Part shown: piece after piece, positions 13,663 through 26,463 of the stretch
Numbering within the stretch: position 1 is the stretch's first letter
Layout: each line of letters begins with the position of its first letter
Assembly (NCBI GenBank): GCA_965153285.1
Contig: OZ229115.1
Reading direction: 5' to 3' (one strand)
Length of the DNA stretch: 64,000 nt
DNA from: Podarcis tiliguerta
Lineage: Eukaryota
The notes under the pieces: model-generated
What the model was told of the DNA's origin: nothing
Databases searched by the model: none
What the model saw: the letters and a program-made list of their open reading frames with translations, nothing else
Program-made: the position numbers and the translations under genes

Positions 13663-13669
13663 ATGGAAA

Positions 13670-14980
13670 CAAATGGCGTGGGAGCTGCAGGTGGGAAGGA
13701 GGGAGCCTGCTCTCGGCGACTAAAGATGGAAAGCATCCCTCGGCGAGATCCGGAGCTATTTCAGGGCTGCTTCGGAGCCGCGCGTGGTTCTTCCCTCCGC
13801 CCCGATTCTTCCCGCCATCGGCATCTTCGCCGCGCTGCCAGGAAGCGCCCCCTCCCTTCCCCTCCCCGGGGGCGCGCGCGCAGACACACCTGTCGTCCAT
13901 CTGCTCGTCCTTCCCGCCCATCCCCGCCCCCGCGGGAAGGAAGCCTCGCGAAGCTCGCGCGTGTGTAGCGGGGCGCCGCTGGGTGCCCACCCGGGCGCCA
14001 CACCTACCGCGGCGGCGGGGGAAGGAGCCTCTCGCGAGGCCCCCACCTCCTTCACGCGCTCTCCAAATCTCTCTCCCCCCCCCCGCAACACACACATACT
14101 CCTCCCCGCAAAAAAAAAGGGGGGGGGACAGGCAGCGCGCGAATGGGCGCCTTGTGAGCATGTGCGGAATACTAGCTGGAACTGGTTTCGCGGAGGGCGC
14201 TTGTGAGCTGCAAGGAGCGGCTGGCTCGTCCTGCGCGCCTCGCCACAGCCGACGAGGCTCCGGGCGGCGCAGCAGCGCCCTCCCCTCTCCTGCCATTGGC
14301 AGCCCCGGCCAGGCTTCCTTCCCCCGCCGTCGGGAGCGGCTGGGTGTTCTCCTCTTCCTCCTCCTCCTCCAGCCCGGCCTCCTCGGTCTTCTCAGCCCTT
14401 GCGCCGCGCCGCCCGCAGCCCTTGGCCGCCTTCGGGGCCTGCCTCCTCCGATCTCCGGGCGCGGCCCGGCGAAGGTGGGCGTGGCGAACCCGGGGCTTTC
14501 GCAGCCCCCCGACGCTCCTCCCCTTGGAAGTACATAACGGGAGCGGATGGGGCTGGCTGAGTGAGGGAGGAGGGTGAGTGTGCGCGGCCAAAGCTCGCTT
14601 GCGCGGCTCGGTTACTTTGTGTCTTTTTCCAGCGCCGGTTCCATCGTCGCCCAGCAGCCGCTGCCCGGATCTCCGCAGGGCAGGCCCGGCCCGGCTCTGG
14701 TCTCTCGCCCGTCGTCCACTCCTCCTTCTTCGCCCGGGAGCTGCTCGCTGCTGCTGTTGTTGTTGTCGTGTGTTTTTTCTCAATGAACAGGGCGAAACCC
14801 GGCTCTGCCCTTCTGCCGTAGTGCGATTCCTTCTCTTCGCTTTCAAGGCGAAAGGAAGAACAGTCTTCTCTCCTCTTTTCTCTTTTCTTCTCTCTCTCTC
14901 TCTTTCCCTTCTTTCTCAGCCCCCCCCCCCCCCATCTTGTGTCATGGCTTTGTGTCTGGAGCTATTTAAACAATGTGAGT
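13670..14980 (+). promoter_or_regulatory. CpG island / internal promoter of the DLGAP4 short isoform
   Basis: Very GC- and CpG-dense against a CpG-depleted background. Contains GC boxes (CCGCCC), a GCGCGCGCGCAG run (NRF1-like) and TCTCGCGAG at 14030-14038 (BANP/ZBTB33-like). Ends at the ATG exon. Confidence 0.88.
14944..14974 (+). CDS. DLGAP4: DLGAP4 short-isoform first coding exon (MALCLELFKQ + T of Cys codon)
   Basis: ATG in strong Kozak context (GTCATGG). Donor T|GTGAGT at 14975. Phase 1 joins the GT at 55417 to give Cys. Resembles the mammalian short-isoform start MALCLELLKQCSSCLVAYKK (from memory). Confidence 0.9.
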
Positions 14981-16027
14981 GTACCGAATTGTGTGTGGGC
15001 TTTTTTCCATTATGGCATGCAAATCTCGGGAAGGCTTTGCAAGCGGCCGCTCAAGGTTGTGCTTCGTACATATATATATATACTGTATTGTTTTCAGTTT
15101 GTCGGGCTGTCATTTTGAATGCATCCGTTCTGTGCATATATCGCATAATGCTCTAGCTGGTAGACCTTTAAATGCAAAAAAAGGGGGGGAAATCATTCCC
15201 ATTTCCTGTTGTGAGCGAATTGCTTTCGGATACAGAAGTGCTCCGAGTAAGTGGGCGAGTGCTGAGGGTAGCCTGCTTGGATGTGGGAAAGGCTTGGTTT
15301 TTTCAATGGCTTACCCGCTTCCCTTTTTTCCTGCCTATCCGGTTGCATTTTCAGCTAAATCCTGAGCTTGAGTGGCTTGTATTAATGGGGGGGGGGGGGA
15401 GGCGAGGTTGATGGCACATATGCCCGGTTCTCCCCACTGCATGGCTCTGTGCTTGATCAGAAATTGTTGTCACTTTTGCTGAGATATATTTAGTCTACTC
15501 GTGGCATTCCAGATCATGACAGGATATGAAATCACTTTCCTATATTTATGCCATCCCAGACTAAACGTGAGCCATATGCGCATTTGTGTCTGCTTGAGTA
15601 ATGAAAAGACACAGATTGGGGGTTAATCATCTAGTTTTTCCTTAATAGCACTGCTGTTAGTTGAGCATTTGTGTTATCTTATTAATATTTTAAAAATGGT
15701 ACTGAAAGTTCTAATATTTTCCATGTGTGTGACATAAAAATTGTCTGGGCACAAACTGTGCAAACCTGTACAGTTGTGATTGAGATGTATCCTGTCACAG
15801 ATTGCTGCTGAAGGCTGCTAGGAAACAGGGTGTTCTTAATGGGTTGGGGGAAAACTGCTGATTTAAGACTTCTTCACATCACATATTGCCTAAAGCCACA
15901 AAGTAGTAGGAAAGGTGACATGAAAGGACACCCTCTTTCCCTTGTAGAACTGAAAGAACTTACAAGAAATGAACTCATTAGGGATTTCTTAAGGGGCCCT
16001 AAGCAAATATAATGATATATTACAGAT

Positions 16028-17097
16028 AATAATAATAATAAAATAATAATTTATTATTTGTACCCCGCCCATCTGGCTGGGTTTCCCCAGCCACTCTGGG
16101 CGGCTTCCATAGAAACAAAAAATACAGTAAAATATTACAGATTAAAAACTTCCCTGAACAGGGCTGCCTTAAGATGTCTTCTAATTGTCAGGTAATTATT
16201 TATCGCTTTGACATCTGATGGGAGGACGTTCCACAGGGCGGGCGCCACTGCCGAGAAGGCCCTCTGTCTGGTTCCCTGTAGCTTTGCTTCTCGCAATGAG
16301 GGAACCGCCAGAAGGCCCTCATCGCTGAACCTCAGCGTCCGGGCAGAACGATGGGGGTGGAGACGCTCCTTCAGGTATACTGGGCCGAGGCCGTTTAGGG
16401 CTTTAAAGGTCAACACCAGCACTTTGAATTGTGCTCAGAAACGTACTGGGAGCCAATGTAGGTCTTTCAAGACCAGTGTTATGTGGTCTCAGCGGCCGCC
16501 CCCAGTCACCACTCTAGCTGCTGCATTAGTTGTAGTTTCCAAGTCACCTTCAAAGGTAGCCCCACGTAGAGTGCATTGCCGTAGTCCAAGCAGGAGATAA
16601 CTAGAGCATGCACCACTCTGGCAAGACAGTCCGCGGGCAGGTAGGGTCTCAGCCTGCGTACCAGGTGGAGTTGGTAGACAGCTGCCCTGGATACAGAATT
16701 GACCTGCGCCTCCATGGACAGCTGAGAGTCCAAAATGACTCCCAGGCTGCGCACCTGGTCCTTCAGGGGCACAGTTACCCTATTCAGGACCAGGGAGTCC
16801 TCCACACCAGCCCGCCCCCTGTCCCCCAAAAACAGTACTTCTGTCTTGTCAGAATTCAGCTTCAATCCATTAGCCGCCATCCATCCTCCAACCGCCTCCA
16901 GGCACTCACACAGGACCTTCACCGGCTTCACTGGTTCTGATTTGAAAGAGAGGTAGAGCTGGGTATCATCTGCATATTGATGGACCCCCAGTCCAAACCC
17001 CGTGATGATCTCTCCCAGTGGCTTCATATAGATGTTAAAAAGCATGTGGGAGAGGACGGAACTCTGAGGCACCCCACAAGTGAGGGCCCAGTGCCTG
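16028..17097 (-). mobile_element. 5'-truncated L2-clade LINE (reverse transcriptase C-terminal part, 3'UTR, (TTA)n tail), relatively young
   Basis: ORF 16506..17072 has PQSSVLS..LFNIYM and YADDTQLY motifs. ORF 16135..16422 is the downstream L2 ORF2 end in another frame (frameshift). The AAT repeat tail starts near 16028. Confidence 0.92.
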
Positions 17098-18103
17098 ATA
17101 AAACAAGAAATTTTCCATTGAGATGCCCAGTTATCTGAAAGTGTGTGATTTTGCCCTTAAGCATGTGGCTCAGGCACTGCAAAATTAGAGAGTACTTAAA
17201 AAAAAAAAGCTTTAAATGATGATAATATGACAGAATTAATGAATGCATGTAGACTTGTGGGTAGATATGAGAGTAAAGTTTTTACAGCCCTAACTCACCT
17301 TGGAATTCAGTTTCCAAATATGGTTTGCTTATTTTTCCTCTCCGATCTTGAACACATCTTCCACCCTGCCAGATCTTTATTCATTATGAAACAAATTCCT
17401 GGGTACATAAAGTGATGCTAAAATTAAACTGCTTGTCCTGTCATCAGTATACAGCTGCATAGAGGGACATAAAAAGGTCTGGAGCCTCTTCTCTCTTTCT
17501 CTCCTTAGAGAACTATTTTCTCCCTTTTACTGAAGGGAAACCTGTCCTTTCTTTGCAGTCAGCCCTTTCCATCCCCGGGGCTTGCCTATGTGAACTGGTT
17601 CCCAAAAGAAAATAGCCTCTTGACAACGGCAGCAGAAGGTGTTGCAATGACATACTGTGTTTATAGAGGAAAGTATGCCTGGAGTGCTGCTTATTTTGAA
17701 CTAATGAGTCCTTAATTGGCCAGAATACTTTATTGCTTGGTAATCCCTGGCCTGGCTTTTCTTCATGAGATGCTCACCGGAGGTAGAGAATTGCTAAAGC
17801 GACGCTGGGCTTGCAGAATGGTTTTATTGTTGTGTATGAATGCAAAGCAAAGTAATTCAAGGACCTGAGTGTGTTCTTACTGTAAGGAAGCCAGGTGGTG
17901 TGCCTGAATAGGCAAATAATCCTTGTGGCATAATTGCCATGTGTAATGGACTGGATGTCCCTTATGTCAGTAGAGGCAATTTCAGAAAGTCCCTTATATC
18001 ATAAATGTTAAGTGTGACAAAAGCTGCAGTCGTCTTTGCCCCGACACCTTATGTGCAAGAGAATACCTGAGGACCAGGAAAAATTAGCAGAAAGAGCGTA
18101 TGT

Positions 18104-18232
18104 AGCATGAGACTCTTAATTTCAGGGTCATGAGTTTGAGTGTCACATTGGGCAAAAGATTCCTGCATTGCAGGGGGTTGGATTTGGTGACCCTTGTGGT
18201 CCCTTCTAGCTTGACAATTCTGTGATTCCATG
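18104..18232 (+). mobile_element. tRNA-Lys-headed SINE with CR1-type tail
   Basis: AGCATGAGACTCTTAATTTCAGGGTCATGAGTTTGAG (tRNA-Lys CTT-like) + ATTCCTGCATTGCAGGGGGTTGGA...AATTCTGTGATTCCATG. Confidence 0.78.
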
Positions 18233-21200
18233 CTGGGGCCCTCATTTTACCCCTGCTTTTCAAGCCTCTTGGGTGTTCGTACAGCCTCAGTGCACTCTCC
18301 ACATCTCTGGAGAGTTGGGTAACCCTCTGGAGCAAATTTCAGAAGGCAGAAGGGCTGTAAAGAGGAGGAGAGGAAGTCTGCTCACCCATGGTTGACTAGT
18401 CATCCCTTGTTGAGAATCTGAACACTTGGTAGAAATACTATAGAAATGGTACAATTGAAGCTAAACTTTGTCAGCCTTGTAAACTAAGTGGAGTCAAGCG
18501 AGGTCAGCATTTGAATGGGGGTTAGTAGTTATCTCATTGCTGCTGTACATTGTATTTTATTGCATCATGTGTTGAGATATAATGGGCAGAGTTCGCCAAA
18601 GAAGCTCTGTCTGACTTCAGCTTTTGCAGCGGGGCTTTCCGCACTCTCCTACCCTGCAATTGGATTTGAGGGGAGTTGAGAGAATCCTCAGAACAGCATG
18701 CAGGAGGGAAAGGGGGGGGGGATAATTCCATGCACAGACAAAATGGTTGGAAGAGCATGATATTGAATTCCACACTATGTTGGAAACTGCCTGGTGATTC
18801 CTAAGCAATAGAAGGCTGATTTATATATTTTGGTAAATAGATACTTTGAGGAGACTGTTGCAGAGTCATAAAGTGATATTGGTGTGTTTTGCCACTCTGC
18901 AGGTAGAGTTACTACTTTTGCCTGAAACTCAATTGGTGACATTGAGTGATAAGTTTATCCAGAAGTTCAGGATACTTAAAGTATTCAAGTTTTACTCAGA
19001 GTGGATCCATTGAAATTAATGAACCAAAGTCATGTTCATTCATTTCATTGAGTCAGTTTTGAGTAAAACTAAGTTCTGGCTAGCATATGTAATACATATT
19101 ATTTCAAAAAACCTACTCATGGTCTCATGCATTGTATTCCATTCCTCTTCTAAATTTTGGTGTTGGTATTCTTCAGCTGGTGGCGTCCTGCAACTTTTCC
19201 TGGCTGAGAGAAATTTGGTAAAGTTGGGGAAGGACACAACAGTGAACTCCTGGGAAAACTGATGCAATGTTGCTCTAACTTGTGTTGTGTGGCTAGAGCA
19301 GCAATGGGAGGGGAGGCTTTTACGAGAGCTCTTTGCTTATACAGTACAGAAGTCTGTACCCATGTTCATTTTAGCAAATTGTCTTCATGCGGGGCAACAG
19401 AGAAGGCAAGAAGGCTTGTTGTAGATTTTCAAAGGCTGTTTCATCTTGCTATGTGAACTGTTTTCTAATGTAGCTTACCAATTCTGTATTAGTTGTTACC
19501 CATATAAACATTTCTCTTTTTAAAGCCCATGAACCATTTAAATTGGCTTACAAAATTTAAAATCACAGTGCAATAAAAAATGTAACACAGCAATAAAAAT
19601 ACACAAATTACACATTTAAACACGTTTAAAAGGCAGCCATGTTAGAGATCACAGGTAAAAATGACAGTCACAAACAACACTACATTCCAATATGAAAAAA
19701 TGTCTGTGGCTTTTGGTGGCTGGTAGAGGAACCCATCTGCACTTCGCAAAGCATGGTATTCCACAATACTGGTGCAGCCAATTAATTTTCAATAAATAAT
19801 TTCTGTCTTTAGCAAATACAGTATTCATTTCTGGTAGGAAATCTTAGCCAGCTCACCCCCTCAAACTAATACAATAAAAAATGAATTTTGTTAGAAACCA
19901 CTTTACATGTGGCTACATAAAACACACTGCAGATTTGAGGCATTAATGTTGAAACCAGATAGGAATACAATTTGGAGCTCTCTTTTCCTAATTCAACTAA
20001 CAGACAAGATGCAAGAGTTAATGGACTCTTCTTCTCTCTCTCCCTCACCCACACACTTTATTTTTGCTAGGGTGATTACCAACAAGTTTAGTGCAATATA
20101 CTGTATATCTTATGTCTGAGCAGAATTTTGTTCAAAAAGGTTCAGAATTACCTGTCCCCCTCCCCCCACAAAAAGCCGCACAACTTGTGGCAAATAAGAT
20201 ACAGGCATGACCAGATAAAAGCTACATGAAGCTGGAAAGAGGTCTCTGAACATGCTGTCAGATTACCTTTAAAAACCCTGAAATAAAATATCAATATTGC
20301 TATCCTAGTCACATTAGTTACGGACTCTGCAACTATGTTCTTGGTTCTACTGTACTTTGAAAGGGCTTGTTGTAACAGTAAAAGGTACACTGGTTCACTT
20401 TACACAAGGGATGGGAAACTTGTGGCTCTCCAAATACTGCAGGACTGTGCTTCTCATCATCTCTGACCATTGACCGTGGGACTGATGAGAGTCAACCAGT
20501 GAGAGCTACAGGTTCCTCACCTGTTTCGTGCTAAAAGATGAGAAGGTGAAAAGCGTTGTAAAGAGGGGTCTGCTTGATTCCTCGTTTAAAAACTCACTTT
20601 ATCTAATAAACCTATGGATATCCTTAGGCACACCACGTTTTTAGCATAAGCCACTTATTCCATTATGTAGAAATATAAATGCTGGCTTATTTCCCAAGCC
20701 CGTTGAAAAATTTGCTTAGAGAGTATGTGAAGTGCTTTGATTACTCTAAAGTGTTGTTGTTTGTTTGCATTGAGGCCAGGAGATGGCAGCTTGTTTGATA
20801 CTGTGGACAATGTTGTAAACTTTTGCTATCACACCTTCAAACATCCCTAAAGCCTAGGAATTTGCTTTAAAAGTTACCAAGGCCCTGATTCATGCATAGA
20901 AGAGGGTCTGTTTTATATGGTTGCCCAAAGGCAGAGTTGTCTAGTGGTAATGAATCATATCTGAAAGCCCCCCCCCCCCCCGTTTTTGTGGCCCTTCGGT
21001 GGATATCAGTGGGCATGACTACTATATGTTTAGCCATATCACAGCCAAGCTATATAAGTGAAAGGGAAAACCATTTGAGGGTAATGTCTCTACAGAGCAA
21101 ATCATGATTTGCAAGGTGGAAATGGGGCTTGGTTCTCCCAGTCAAAATCATAAGCTTGTGCTGGGCTGATTTTAAAAATATATCCCTGCATGTTAAAAGC

Positions 21201-24200
21201 CATGTTAGGGGAGAATTTAAGATTATATCCCTTCTCCCTCTTGTGTATGTGTTAAGGAAAGAATCCATTTGTACTGAGGAGCACTGATTTATTTATATTC
21301 TGCCTTTCATCATAAGAGCTTGGAGCAAGGCACAATAAGAATTATTACAGATCAAACAAAATTTGCAAGCAGGTAAAATAAATGTGAAATTGCCAAGCCC
21401 AGCTATAAAAATTCCAAGATGGACATAGCCATTTCCAAAGGCTTGGGTAAACAGCCATGTTTTGAGTCGCCACCTGCCGCCTGATGTGGTACAGCCGACA
21501 CAGGGTTCCCAGCAGCACTGGCTTCTCTACTTGTGAGAATTCAGCCTGCGGAAAGTCTGTTTATAGGGATCGGCTTGTGGATAAATGGGTGAGGCCTCTG
21601 AGTAAACTGCAGTTCCTTGACTCAGTCATGAAAGAACTTGCAGCTGTCCTCAGTTTGCTAGTACACCTGTTCCTCTCCTTATACTGTCTTTCACTCCTGC
21701 TCAAATACTTCATAATGTGCAAGGACATAAACTACCTGACTGTGTGCACTAGCAGTTTAACTCATTGTCTCTAATGAGAGACTCTAAGCAATGCCATTTC
21801 CCCCCATTGGCATCTATTGCAGCCAAGCCTTTGGGCTGAGATTTCACTGCTGTTGTTATGAGGCATTTACAGATGAACCTTTTTAAAAAAGGGGGGGGGG
21901 AGAGAACTTATGTTTGTGCTTATATTCACCAAGCCACCGTTAGTAAAAAAGGGAGGCATTCCATGTGGCTGTGACATAGTGCTGAATAAATCTTTTAATG
22001 ACGGTTCACACATTCCTGTCTCCAGAGGCAACATTTTTGAACCAAACTGCAGAAAGACTTCTTCTGGTTGTTGTCCCTCCCACTTCTGTTCTTTATGTCT
22101 TCATAGTAGCAGCTTAGCATTTATTTTTTTGCTTCCATGGGCTGAAGCAGCATAATTGGATTCAGTGCGGTGCAAATCGCTGCAAATATGTGAGCTGAAA
22201 GGATGAAGTTTAGACAGTGTGTGGCCTTGTTTCATAAGTCCACATTTGGTCATGAAGATATTTGGTGAATTTGCCTACAAAAGCAATTTCTAAGAAGCAG
22301 AAAAGAAAAAAGAAAACCTTGCTGGAATCTTTCTCTGAAAACAGACTTGCTGTCTGGAAAGTGGACGAAGCAAAGATAGTTATTCAAGGCACAATGATTG
22401 GGGTCTCCAACTTCGATCAGCTGCATAAAAACCTTTCTAGCTGGAGTACTGGAGGGTTTACCTAAAAATTGCGGATTGTGCGGATATTGACACCACTGCT
22501 ATGTGGCAGAAAACATTATGTGCCATTAATTTCCGTTTGTTTAAATGTGTTCTTAAACAGTGTTTGTAAATGTGCTGGTTTAACGAGGAGACTGGGAATT
22601 TTGCCTGATCCACTAGTCATGCATTTTTAATGAATGATGGGCACTTTGTCTCTGATGAGCAGCATATTAAATCAATCTGCAGTCCTATTTAAATGGGAGT
22701 GTAGGGTGTGCAACAGTAGTCTCTCTTGGGGAGGAAGGACAGCAGATCCTGCAAACTAGAATTGCTTGGGATACAAAGTTGGAGGTGTGTTTTGATTGAG
22801 TTAGTAATATTGGGCAGGGCCCCAGTATGACGGCAGCAGAGAAAATGGGACGAGGAAGCCTTTCAAAAGTCATAACCAGCCTTGTTGCAAGACTACTGGT
22901 CGTGATGAAAGCCAATAACATGGGGCTAACTATTATGTACTGTATTGCTAGATTTGCAACATTTTTTAAAGAAAAAATGGAAAATAAACTTTAAAATAGC
23001 AGCACCATTTACAATAATCTTGGGAAAATTTGGATTCTAGGGTGGTGATGCCAGATTATCCTTTGTTTAAAAGACTAATCCAGACTTCAAATGTATCCTG
23101 AAAGGGACAGAATCCCTGTGAAACCATGCAGGGCAGGGCAAATAACCCAACTCCTAACTACTTACTTTAACGCATATGGATCACATGAATATTCCCGGGG
23201 GGGGGGGGGATATGCCAGTGTCGGATGGGTCCAAGGGCTAAAGTAGTGATTTTGAACACTAGCTACTTTCCATCTAAGGAAACATTATCAGAGTTTAAAG
23301 ACATATTGCAGTCAGGCAAAACCCTTAAGGAAGGTGCGACTGGAAAGAGAGTAACGTGCAAACGTGCACTCTTCTTGGATTCTGTCATGCTTAAGTTACA
23401 GGGTGGGTGGGTGGGGAGTTATTGCCCTACAGTCTTGTAGTTAGGCCGCTCCACTCTCTCTGGGTGATTGACCCCCCCAAAATACTAGAAGTATGTAATG
23501 CCACTGACAATGCAGTCTGAAGAATGCAACTGTATTAAGTACTCCCTACTTTCCCTCAAGGTAAAAAAAAGTGAGTGTTGAAGCCATGAGTAGGTTTGGT
23601 TGCCTGGGATAAGTGCTTCTGAAACTGCCTTGATCTTTCATACTGCAGCTCTGTTTCTTAATTTTTCCATAATGCATGCTAAATAATTCAGTGTCTTTTA
23701 TCAGGAGGGATAACCTGAGAGAACTTCTGTTCTCCTGCAAGCTAGCTTTCAAGTTTGCCCTCTGATGTGCTGCAGCAATGAAGCCGTAATGGGCTTTGAT
23801 TTGTGGAGTCTTGCCGTGGTCCGTGCTGTGAAGCAGGAGGAGGGATTGCTGTACCTATGTCAGTCAAAGTGCCTTGGCCTGCCCTGTTGCCGTTTCTTCA
23901 TATCAAGCAGTGCATACAAGAACAGTTACACTTATAACCCTGCTGGCACACTCTGGGCTAAGCCTGTCAGTTCCCTTTATGTCACTAGAAAGATAGCAAA
24001 AGAAGTCACTCCAGACAGATTGATTTTGGTTGGGGGGAAAGAGGAGTGAACAAGGGACAGAAAGAGCAGACTTTCTCAGCCTGCGCAGGAAAACAAACCC
24101 AACAACTTCATACTATATGATGAGTGGATTGCAAAATGAAACTAAAAACAAGCCACAATTTATTTCATGCTTCAGATTGTAAAATTAGCATGCTTCCTAA

Positions 24201-25402
24201 ACATATATGCCTACATTGGTCGAGGTAACGATTAAAATATAATTTACAGCTAAATAGAGCAGGCATAGGTAACCGCAGTTCTGCGGCCTGATCTGCCCCC
24301 AAGCAAATTATTCTCCCCCAAACTAATTTTAATAGCTGCAGAAAGAGAAAAATATTGAAGTGTGCTGGAGAAGGTATAGCCCACTGTCCTGAGGAGGATA
24401 CATCCTGCCCCCTCATATCTGATGAGCAGAGAGCATATGATGACTTCCCTTCTCTGGTGGCTGCATATACCAGCTGAGGAGGGGTCAGAATTGTTGGCCT
24501 GTGTGAGAAAGTGCGAGTTGATCACACCCATCACTGGTATGCAAAAACTACCTGTTATGCAAAAGCTTTGATAATGCAGCCTATATGCCTTTAATATTAT
24601 AGTTATACCTGTTTCTTTGTAGCAAAGGGAGGCAACCATGTAGCTGATTTCTGCTTGGAAGGCTGTACATTGCAAAAACAGTGCTCCTGCTCCCTGAGCC
24701 ACAGCATAATGCTCCATGGGAGGAGTCCACACTGGCTCTTCTCCACACCAGCGTTTATTGTCTAAAAGCTGTGCTAATGCTGGCATTGGGAAGAGCTTCG
24801 GCATGTAGTCCAGAAGTGCTTGCACTATCCTGCTGACACAGGAAGGAACAGCACTCCTGCCACTCCCATGCTGCCAAGGTGACTTAACCCTATCAAACAG
24901 CATTGAACTTGACAGAAATGATAGAAAGTTATTGGGCAGAACAGTGTTTTCTTTATAATAGGGCTGGTGATCGTATGGCCTTCCAGATGTTCTTAGATTC
25001 CCATTAGCATGGTCAGGGAGGATAGCAGTTGTAGTTCCAATTACACCTGCGTGGCCAAAGGTTCCCCAGCCTTGCTCTAGAAGATTACTGTTAATAAGCA
25101 CATTTATTTTTAAAGTCACAAATATTCAGAAACGCAGAACTGGATGCATTGCTAGGATATTTAGAGGTCATTAAATGAATATACCATTTACTCAGGTGGG
25201 GCTAGCAGAAGACTCTGGGGTGATGCTGGATGGAGTCTCATAGATCCTAGTGCCCATGTTTGGCCAGTCCCTGGTTCTAGTAGGGAGCCCACAATAAGTG
25301 CATGATTTGTTATATCCTTTATTAAGGACCTTGAAAAGTCAGATTTCTCTTTCTTCTCTTACACACACAAAAGTCAGGCATTAACTCAGTTTGTAGGATA
25401 TA

Positions 25403-25538
25403 GCTATAGCTCAGTTAGTTGAGCATAGGACTCACTCTCAGGGTTGTGGATTCAACATTGGCCAAAATATTCCTGAATTGCAGGGGTTGGACTAGATGAC
25501 CCACATAGTCCCTTTCAACTCTACAATTCTATGACTGT
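25403..25538 (+). mobile_element. tRNA-Lys-headed SINE with CR1-type tail (decayed)
   Basis: TAGCTCAGTTAGTTGAGCATAGGACTC..CTCAGGGTTGTGG + ATTCCTGAATTGCAGGGGTTGGACTAGATGACCC...CAACTCTACAATTCTATGA. Confidence 0.72.
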
Positions 25539-26463
25539 GTGAAAAGGGTCATGGTTTCGGTTTAAGATTATAAATTTTGGGCTTTAGCTTGTTTTTAATA
25601 CATTTGGATCTTGTTGTTAGCCAGATTTCCCCCCGATTTGCTATATAATGGAAATGTAATAAAAATCAGATTCCATTTTTAAAAAACATCAGGCACCCTG
25701 CTTTAGAGTTTCAAAAGAGTAAATAGTATGAATGTAATTGTGGTCACTTCTGTGCCTCGGAAGCACACTCCATTGTCTCTCAAAACAGACAGATGTCAAC
25801 AACAACAACGTCATCTGCCAAATGTCAGACAAAGGCATCACTCTTATCTCCTTACCTGGGAGTAAGCCCCAGTGAAATCAAGGGAACTTACTATTAAACA
25901 TGTATAGGTAGGATTGTGCTGTAGAAGACTTGTCTACAATGACTACTACTGCTTGTTGCATCAGCAAATACAAACATAGTACAGTAAGCAAGTAGAGTGG
26001 ACGAGGACCTTTATGGCACTGGATTCTACTTTAGCTGGAAACCTAGACCTGGAACATGGAAATTAATCATTTCATTCATTATTTCCACAGCTAATAGTAG
26101 GTATAATGTACTATAGAATGCTTATTGATGCTGTGCCAATATGCTTACTAGAAACTCAAGTGCTGGAAAATATTCCCGATTTGCTAAAAGCCTTTTGTTG
26201 CAGCCTCTGCTTACAACCCAACCATTGTACAGTAGGTGTCACTCTGGTTCTCTTAACTATGAATGGGCTGTTAAAATTGCTTACCTTCAAAACAAGCTTT
26301 TATACACTGCCCCAGCATTCCACTATGTGGCAGGTGCCATATTCACAGTGGTGGTATAAATTTCCTCCATTCTGCATGAACAATGTGCTTGAACATCAAA
26401 AGCACTCGTGTCCAGAAACAAGTGGAGCACAGCTTAAGTACTTAGTTTGCTGTAGGTCACAAT

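Noticed and set aside
13549-15156. Many overlapping 100-224 aa ORFs on both strands
   Set aside because: Stop-codon scarcity in a GC-rich CpG island gives low-complexity Arg/Pro/Gly/Ala translations; only 14944-14974 is supported
18104-18155. tRNA-Lys-like sequence (also Asn-, Ala- and Ile-like elsewhere) as functional tRNA genes
   Set aside because: Truncated or mutated stems, fused directly to LINE-derived tails; these are SINE heads
24250-25119. 289-aa minus-strand ORF, the longest in the track
   Set aside because: Non-ATG start, no recognisable domain, and its 5' part runs through a MITE (~24960-25075); likely a chance open frame in intron
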